Source: an uncultured Clostridia bacterium
Lineage (GTDB): Bacteria; Bacillota; Clostridia; Christensenellales; CAG-314
Direction of reading: 5' to 3'
Assembly (NCBI GenBank): GCA_947053925.1
Contig: CAMRUG010000002.1
Span: forward strand, 34,461-98,460
Length of the DNA stretch: 64,000 nt
Part shown: in pieces, positions 58,655 to 64,000 of the stretch
Layout of the letters: every line of letters begins with the position of its first letter
Numbering within the stretch: the stretch's first letter is position 1
The notes under the pieces: generated by a model
Databases searched by the model: none
What the model was told of the DNA's origin: nothing
What the model saw: the letters and a program-made list of their open reading frames with translations, nothing else
Made by a program: the position numbers and the translations under genes

Positions 58655-58716
58655 ATAACAAAGTTTAACGATATTTAACTATAATTAACTACGGTTAATC
58701 ACTCGCTATTACATCG
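58655..58716 (+). repeat. Phased-pentamer element, copy 1
   Basis: ATAAC/TTAAC/TTAAC/TTAAC/TTAAT start at 58655, 58665, 58675, 58685 and 58695. 50 of 62 nt are identical, ungapped, to 63573-63634. Confidence 0.85.
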
Positions 58717-58777
58717 TATCACACGATAAAATAAAGGTTTGCGTAAAAATATATTCGTGTACGATATAATAATATAT

Positions 58778-58843
58778 TTAATTAAGTTTAACGGCACTTA
58801 ACTACGACTGACTACGTCTAACAACCATTAAACATCACATAAC
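58778..58843 (+). repeat. Phased-pentamer element, copy 2 (degenerate)
   Basis: TTAAT/TTAAC/TTAAC/CTGAC/CTAAC/TTAAA start at 58778, 58788, 58798, 58808, 58818 and 58828. Shares AAGTTTAACG with copy 1. Confidence 0.7.
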
Positions 58844-58990
58844 GTGAACCGTTAATAAGTATTGGTTTGTTTTGTACGTGTGTGATATATTTATTAAATC
58901 ATAAATTATAATTCATCTGCATTGCGTTACTTGAGTTGTAGTGCATTTTTACTTCAAATAGTTTTTTTAAAGTAAAAAATCTAAAAATTT

Positions 58991-60055
58991 TTATTGAGCG
59001 TTTTCAGGTTTTTCTTCCGTTACCGTTGCAGTCGTAACGGTATCGTTGTCTTCGGTAACGGCGACTTCGGTTTCCGATTCTTCTTTAACCGTTTCAATGC
59101 TTTCTTCTTTTATCCAACCCAGTTTTTTCCAAAGTTTTTCCGTTTGCGCAAAAAGTAACGGATAAACGCCTATCATAGCAAAAGTAACAATAGCGTATCT
59201 AAGTGTTCTGAAAATTCTTTCAAACCAAACGTTATCTTTGTAGTCGTGGTAGCAGGCGCCTACTATCAATTTAAACAATTCGTTAAGTCCCAAAAACAGT
59301 CCGCCGCCTACAGCAACGCGCAAAATTATTCTCCACCAAACTTTGGTATTGTTAAATTTTGTGATTTTTTCTTCAAAAATAATTCCGCATATAAAACCGA
59401 CAAGCAATCCGTAAGCCGTATAAAAGTCGCTTGTGGTGCAATAGAAGAATCCTGCAATTCCGATAATTGCCATGCCGCCGTAAATAAAATATTTGTTAGG
59501 CACTACTTTATAAAGAAGTGCTATAAAAAATACCATAGCAACGCCTAAAATCAAACCGCATATAACGTCTGTAGGGTAATGCGCGCCTAAATATGTACGC
59601 GATAATGCAACTAAAACAGGTATAATAACTGCCAGAGAAATTAGCCATTTGTATTTTTTCTTACGGTAAACATAGGTGGTGCCTACAAGGGTTGAAGACG
59701 AGCCCGATGAGTGTCCCGAAGGGAATGAATAACCGTCGACATCACGGAAATTTTCAATTCCCACGTCGCTGTCAAACGGGCGGGTGCGGCATACGATATT
59801 TTTGATTAGCGGGTTTACAAGCGCAGTCGAAATCATCATAAAACCGACTTGCTCGCCGCCTTTTTTATCTAGTCCCCAATATAGCAGTCCTACGATTCCG
59901 ACAAGAATCATTTCTTCTCCGAACATAGAAATAAAGTTCATTAAGTAGTATAAAAAACTGCCTTTCCCCGACAAACTTTGAAACCACAGTATAAACTGAT
60001 TCTCCCACGGGAACGACCAAGTATGACCGATTGCTGCCGAAACGATTTCTAGCAT
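58991..60055 (-). CDS. PAP2-family phosphatase with an extra C-terminal membrane domain and an acidic tail
   Basis: KxxxxxxRP (KNIVCRTRPF), PSGH (FPSGHSSG) and SRxxxxxHxxxD (SRTYLGAHYPTDV) motifs. Confidence 0.9.
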   Translation of the reverse strand: MLEIVSAAIGHTWSFPWENQFILWFQSLSGKGSFLYYLMNFISMFGEEMILVGIVGLLYWGLDKKGGEQVGFMMISTALVNPLIKNIVCRTRPFDSDVGIENFRDVDGYSFPSGHSSGSSSTLVGTTYVYRKKKYKWLISLAVIIPVLVALSRTYLGAHYPTDVICGLILGVAMVFFIALLYKVVPNKYFIYGGMAIIGIAGFFYCTTSDFYTAYGLLVGFICGIIFEEKITKFNNTKVWWRIILRVAVGGGLFLGLNELFKLIVGACYHDYKDNVWFERIFRTLRYAIVTFAMIGVYPLLFAQTEKLWKKLGWIKEESIETVKEESETEVAVTEDNDTVTTATVTEEKPENAQ

Positions 60056-60083
60056 ACGATTACTCCTATATTGTTATTTTAGT

Positions 60084-60112
60084 AGTGTATCACATTTATT
60101 TTATAATTGCAA
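60084..60112 (-). promoter_or_regulatory. Candidate promoter of the PAP2 gene
   Basis: On the minus strand: TTGCAA, a 17-nt spacer and TACACT. Confidence 0.4.
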
Positions 60113-60113
60113 T

Positions 60114-60146
60114 AGCTAAAAAATAAGCCCCGAAAGTTCTCGGGGC
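60114..60146 (-). terminator. Rho-independent terminator of rpmB
   Basis: GCCCCGA pairs with TCGGGGC, and a T-run (TTATTTTTT) follows on the minus strand. Confidence 0.75.
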
Positions 60147-60159
60147 GGATGGACTAAAA

Positions 60160-60345
60160 TTAGTCTTCTTTATTTGCTGTTCTTATGCAACGGGTGCAAA
60201 CGTATTCGGTAGATTCTTTTCCGTTGATTTCCACCTTAACTTTTTGCAAATTGGCGCTGTAAGTCTTGGGAGTCTTTCTGTTAGAGTGAGATACTTTGTT
60301 CCCTGACATTTTGCCTTTTCCGCATATAGCGCATACCTTGGACAT
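60160..60345 (-). CDS. rpmB: 50S ribosomal protein L28
   Basis: GNKVSHSNRKT motif, 61 aa. Confidence 0.95.
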   Translation of the reverse strand: MSKVCAICGKGKMSGNKVSHSNRKTPKTYSANLQKVKVEINGKESTEYVCTRCIRTANKED

Positions 60346-60396
60346 ATTTACACCTCCGTGTAAGTAGAATAATTTTGCAGAATTTAACGCTAAATA

Positions 60397-60425
60397 ATGA
60401 TAGCATTATTTGCATCGTTTGGCAA
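60397..60425 (-). promoter_or_regulatory. Candidate promoter of rpmB
   Basis: On the minus strand: TTGCCA, a 17-nt spacer and TATCAT. Confidence 0.4.
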
Positions 60426-60504
60426 GCAAATAGCATTAAAAAAATAAATATTGTGCTTTTTTGCTGTTTTGTGTAACAATTATTACGGTTTTTGGCTTAA
60501 ATTA

Positions 60505-60533
60505 CTTGTTAAAAAACGTATTTTGCGTTAAAA
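60505..60533 (+). promoter_or_regulatory. Candidate promoter of asp23-DAK2
   Basis: TTGTTA, a 17-nt spacer and TAAAAT. Confidence 0.45.
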
Positions 60534-60565
60534 TTATATATAATTATATTTAGGGGGAATTACGA

Positions 60566-60916
60566 ATGGCGTTACGCACAAAAAATTCGTACGGTGCTAT
60601 AACCGTATCAGATGACGTAATTGCGTCGCTTGCGGGACATTTTGCAACAGAGTGCTACGGCGTTGTTGAAATTGTGCCTTATAATTTCTCCGACTCTTTT
60701 ACTGACGTTTTTAAGCGCAATGGTAAAAGTCGCGGAGTGCGAATTGCTACCAAAGGCGACAGGATTTTTGTAGACCTGTTTGTTAAAATTAAATATGGTC
60801 TTCCCGTTTCTGCTGTGTCGTCTAGTTTAAAAAAGACAGTAAAGTACGGCTTGGAGCACTTTACGGGAATGATTGTCGATTCTATCGACGTGCACGTAGT
60901 AGGTGTCAAGCTTTAA
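60566..60916 (+). CDS. Asp23/Gls24 family envelope stress protein (YloU-like)
   Basis: 116 aa with Asp23-family sequence character, and conserved synteny with the DAK2 gene. Confidence 0.88.
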   Translation: MALRTKNSYGAITVSDDVIASLAGHFATECYGVVEIVPYNFSDSFTDVFKRNGKSRGVRIATKGDRIFVDLFVKIKYGLPVSAVSSSLKKTVKYGLEHFTGMIVDSIDVHVVGVKL

Positions 60917-60954
60917 AATTTTACATTAGCAAAACGAGAGGAAATTAAAATATT

Positions 60955-62637
60955 ATGGCATCTGCACATTCTGGCACAACACATATTACTGCGTCGGTAA
61001 TGAAACGTATGTTTATCGCCGGCGGTAAAATGCTCGAGGTTAATAAAGCACAAGTAGACGCTTTAAACGTCTTTCCCGTTCCCGACGGAGATACCGGAAC
61101 AAATATGTCTTTAACTATGATGTCGGCAGTTAAAGAAATAACGTCCATTGACAGCGCTTCTATGGCGGAAGTTGCGGATAAATTAGCAAAGGGCGCGTTA
61201 CGCGGAGCCCGCGGCAATTCCGGTGTTATTTTATCACAGATTTTAAAAGGTTTTTCTAATATTATAGCGCAAAGAGACGAGTGCGATGCGCGTACTTTTG
61301 CCAAAGGTTTACGCGAAGGCGCTGAACTTGCATACCGTGCTGTAAGCAAGCCTAAGGAAGGCACTATATTAACTGTTGTACGCTCTATGGCGGAAGAAGC
61401 CGTAGATATGGCAAAGAGAACGACAAGTATTCAAAAACTTATGGAGTCCGTTCTTGCAAAAGGCGAAGAAACGCTTGCCAAAACTCCCGATATGTTGGAA
61501 GTTTTAAAGCGCGCAGGAGTAGTAGACAGCGGCGGATACGGTTTGATTACTATGTTTAAGGGACTTATTATGGGTTACCTTGATCAAGAGATCACCGGCG
61601 CGGAAGATTACGAGCAGCCTGCAGAAACATTAAAACCGCAATCTATCGACTCTGCATTTCCTGACGATTCCGAATTGATTGTCGATTACGAAAGTTTGGG
61701 CAAATTGGATTTCGGTTACTGCACGGAATTTTTTATCATCAATATCAAAAAGCGTACTACGGTAACCGATATTGACAAATTGCGCGAATACCTGAACGAA
61801 ATAGGCAATTCGGTAATTTGTATCGGTGATTTGTCTTTGATAAAAGTTCACGTTCATACTAATAACCCGGGAAAAGCCTTGGCAAAAGCGCTGACTCTCG
61901 GCGAACTTGATAAAGTAAAAATCGAAAATATGATGGAGCAGAACAGACAACTCCGTGCAAGATACGAAGCCGAACGTAAACCTATCGGTTTGCTTGCCGT
62001 ATGTTCCGGAGACGGTTTTGCCGCTATATTTAAGGATTTGCTTGTCGATCAGGTTATAGAGGGCGGTCAAACAATGAATCCTTCGGCAGAGGACATTGCT
62101 TCTGCCGCGCGTAAAATCAATGCAGAGAATATTATCATTTTGCCTAATAATAAAAATATCATTCTTTCTGCAGAACAATCGAGAACGCTTGTTCAAAACA
62201 GAAACATTTTCGTTTTGCCTACAAAAGATATTCCGCAGGGACTTACAGCGGTGTTAAATTACAGCCCTGATGCGTCTTTGTCCGAAAATCTTGAGAATAT
62301 GTCTACGGCATTTACTTCAGTTGACGCAGGACAAGTTACTTATGCCGTTCGCGATACTGTAATAGACAAGTTTACAATTAAGAAAGGCGACATAATAGGG
62401 CTAGATAAGGGAAGTATCGTAACCTCAGGCAAAGATGTTGAAAAAGTTACAACCGCTCTTATCGACAGTATGCTGACGGAAGAAAAAGAAGTAGTAACAT
62501 TGTATTACGGTATAGACGTTGCGGAAGAAAAAGCAGAAGCGTTTGTGGAGAAATTGCAAAGTTCTCATCCCGATATTGAGTTCATTCTCCATTACGGCGG
62601 ACAACCGTTATATTATTACGTTTTAAGCGTAGAATAA
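60955..62637 (+). CDS. DAK2 domain-containing protein (YloV-like)
   Basis: PVPDGDTGTNM and GARGNSGVILSQ motifs. Confidence 0.92.
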   Translation: MASAHSGTTHITASVMKRMFIAGGKMLEVNKAQVDALNVFPVPDGDTGTNMSLTMMSAVKEITSIDSASMAEVADKLAKGALRGARGNSGVILSQILKGFSNIIAQRDECDARTFAKGLREGAELAYRAVSKPKEGTILTVVRSMAEEAVDMAKRTTSIQKLMESVLAKGEETLAKTPDMLEVLKRAGVVDSGGYGLITMFKGLIMGYLDQEITGAEDYEQPAETLKPQSIDSAFPDDSELIVDYESLGKLDFGYCTEFFIINIKKRTTVTDIDKLREYLNEIGNSVICIGDLSLIKVHVHTNNPGKALAKALTLGELDKVKIENMMEQNRQLRARYEAERKPIGLLAVCSGDGFAAIFKDLLVDQVIEGGQTMNPSAEDIASAARKINAENIIILPNNKNIILSAEQSRTLVQNRNIFVLPTKDIPQGLTAVLNYSPDASLSENLENMSTAFTSVDAGQVTYAVRDTVIDKFTIKKGDIIGLDKGSIVTSGKDVEKVTTALIDSMLTEEKEVVTLYYGIDVAEEKAEAFVEKLQSSHPDIEFILHYGGQPLYYYVLSVE

Positions 62638-62654
62638 TTTAATAATCAGTATTT

Positions 62655-62717
62655 AACAGACTGTTGCTAATCAGTTAAGCATTTGTTGCTTTTGTAATTT
62701 CAACAGTCTGTTTTTTA
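62655..62717 (+). terminator. Terminator-like long hairpin after the DAK2 gene
   Basis: AACAGACTGTTG (62655-66) pairs with CAACAGTCTGTT (62701-12), a 12-bp stem with a 34-nt loop, followed by TTTTTATT. Confidence 0.55.
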
Positions 62718-62826
62718 TTGCAGATATAAAAATTAAATTGCTAATAAATTCAGTGATTCTTGATTCTTAGCTTAGAAATTTTTGTTTTAAAAGATAATTT
62801 TAAGTAGTTATTTGTCGCTAAAACTA

Positions 62827-62856
62827 TTGACTTTTGATAGTTGCAAAATGTATAAT
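62827..62856 (+). promoter_or_regulatory. Sigma-A-type promoter
   Basis: TTGACT, an 18-nt spacer and TATAAT, with an extended TG. Confidence 0.5.
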
Positions 62857-62872
62857 TATTTAGAGGAAAATT

Positions 62873-63283
62873 ATGAAGTGTTTTATACATATGGATACTG
62901 AAGCAGTGTCAGTCTGCAAACATTGCGGTAAAGCGATGTGCATTAACTGCTCATCTTATTCGCAACATAACGGCATTTGTCCTGAGTGTAAACTTGACGA
63001 ATATATAGAAGAACGTAACGAGCTGTATGATGCTTTACAAAAAAATAAATCCTCTATAATCAAAAGTTCTGTTTTTGCAGTTTTGCTTGCAGTTATAGCG
63101 GTTTTTTTAGGCGTTAAAGTTACAGTGTATTGTTATGCTTTGCTTGTAGGCACATTGGCATTTGCAATACGTATTGCTGTATTGGTAGTTCGTAGGAAAC
63201 CGATAAACGAACGCGTCGAATTCTTAACGGATGAAATTGATAAATTGACATTAGCATTGCAAAAGGGCAGTAGGAGTATTTAG
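62873..63283 (+). CDS. Zinc-ribbon/B-box-like membrane protein
   Basis: CxxC pairs in the N-terminal 40 aa (CKHCG, CINC, CPEC), followed by two TM helices. Confidence 0.7.
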   Translation: MKCFIHMDTEAVSVCKHCGKAMCINCSSYSQHNGICPECKLDEYIEERNELYDALQKNKSSIIKSSVFAVLLAVIAVFLGVKVTVYCYALLVGTLAFAIRIAVLVVRRKPINERVEFLTDEIDKLTLALQKGSRSI

Positions 63284-63323
63284 TAAAACAATCTATATTT
63301 CGGCTGTATTTAATATTGTTTAA

Positions 63324-63358
63324 AGCGGTATATTTCTGTGGAAGTATACTGCTTTTTT
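63324..63358 (+). terminator. Rho-independent terminator
   Basis: AGCGGTATA pairs with TATACTGCT (one G-U), followed by T6. Confidence 0.7.
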
Positions 63359-63572
63359 GTTGAAAACTATCTATGCGCTTGGTAAGATATTAACTATGTG
63401 TACATATTTTGCGTGTAAAAGCAAATCAAAAAGTAAAAATATATTTTATCGTATACAAATACGATTTTATACCAGTAATTACTTATTTATGTGATACAAT
63501 ATAATGAGTTATTAGCAAACGTTAATCGTATTAAAAGTCATCAGTAGTTGTTGGTACGATATACTAGCATAC

Positions 63573-63634
63573 ATAACAAAGATTAACGATGTCTAACTAT
63601 AACTAATTGTGTTTAATCGCTCGCTATAATGTCG
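63573..63634 (+). repeat. Phased-pentamer element, copy 3
   Basis: ATAAC/TTAAC/CTAAC/CTAAT/TTAAT start at 63573, 63583, 63593, 63603 and 63613, followed by TATAAT at 63625-63630. Confidence 0.85.
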
Positions 63635-63856
63635 CTCATTCAGAAAGCTTACTCGGCGAATAGAAATTGTTAAAATAATTAAGTGAAGCGCACACTAAAT
63701 TTCGATTGTGTTTTTTATAAATACATATTTTTGCGATTTCTTCTGCATAATTTTAAATATTAGCGAATAAGCAAAGTTGCTATAATGATAAATTAGGCAT
63801 TACAAGTCTAATATTTTGTTTTTGCAATATAATTATATAAATATTAGCTAAAACTC

Positions 63857-63885
63857 TTGATTTTTTTTGCGTATTTTGGTAGAAT
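63857..63885 (+). promoter_or_regulatory. Sigma-A-type promoter of tRNA-Cys
   Basis: TTGATT (63857-62), a 17-nt spacer and TAGAAT (63880-85), ending 15 nt before the mature tRNA 5' end. Confidence 0.6.
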
Positions 63886-63899
63886 ATTCTAGGTTGTAC

Positions 63900-63973
63900 G
63901 GCACCATAGCCAAGTGGTAAGGCAGAGCTCTGCAAAAGCTCCACCCCCAGTCCGAATCTGGGTGGTGCCTCCA
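63900..63973 (+). tRNA. tRNA-Cys (anticodon GCA), CCA encoded
   Basis: Acceptor stem GGCACCA/TGGTGCC, anticodon arm GAGCT-CTGCAAA-AGCTC, T arm CCCAG-TCCGAAT-CTGGG, discriminator T and CCA. Confidence 0.9.
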
Positions 63974-64000
63974 ATAAAGCGCAAGACCGCGCCATCGGTT

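Noticed and set aside
58836-58851. parS-like sequence (CACATAACGTGAACC)
   Set aside because: Only the right half resembles the TGTTNCACGTGAAACA consensus. The left half does not, and the palindrome is not preserved.
63588-63605. A five-codon mini-ORF (ATG TCT AAC TAT AAC TAA) inside array copy 3
   Set aside because: Copy 1 has ATA at the corresponding position, so the start codon is not conserved. The 10-nt periodicity argues against coding.
58655-63634. The idea that the two arrays are terminal repeats of a mobile element carrying the intervening 4.9 kb
   Set aside because: The repeats are direct, not inverted. The intervening genes are the conserved core block PAP2-rpmB-asp23-DAK2 in its usual synteny. 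No transposase or recombinase is present.
63780-63995. A 71-codon minus-strand ORF
   Set aside because: It overlaps the tRNA-Cys gene and its promoter. The translation is an artefact of the tRNA sequence.

Overview
This is a chromosomal window from a Bacillota genome, probably a spore-forming Clostridia-like organism. That placement rests on gene order and an unannotated spoVM, not on any search. About 55 protein genes are supported. Positions 1-4738 hold the tail end of a phage structural module: scaffold-like ORF, major capsid protein and four unknowns, with no tail or lysis genes. An 800-bp gap follows, and the rest is housekeeping. That includes rnj, an O-methyltransferase/U32 pair, an asd-dapA-dapB operon, hslO, aspartate kinase, two FAD enzymes, lepA-hemW, a LysR regulator, ppa, rarA, an ABC exporter, tyrS and pcrA-ligA. 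It also includes the conserved Bacillota block yicC-gmk-rpoZ-coaBC-priA-def-fmt-rsmB-rlmN-rsgA-rpe-spoVM-rpmB-asp23-DAK2, which here lacks the stp/prkC pair. One tRNA-Cys lies at the 3' end. I saw no CRISPR array, transposase, integrase, reverse transcriptase or recognisable defence genes.

The signals not explained by ordinary annotation are mostly non-coding:
- A 62-nt element built from YTAAY pentamers phased every 10 bp occurs at two gene-free loci (58.6-58.9 kb and 63.5-63.7 kb), abutting -10-like boxes.
- A family of roughly 50-100-nt hairpin-forming repeats lies downstream of lepA, with a partial copy in the phage/host junction gap.
- A 1030-aa membrane-anchored repeat protein carries four C-x3-6-H-x-H-x3-C knuckles.

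All functional calls come from motif recognition by eye. No database search was run.
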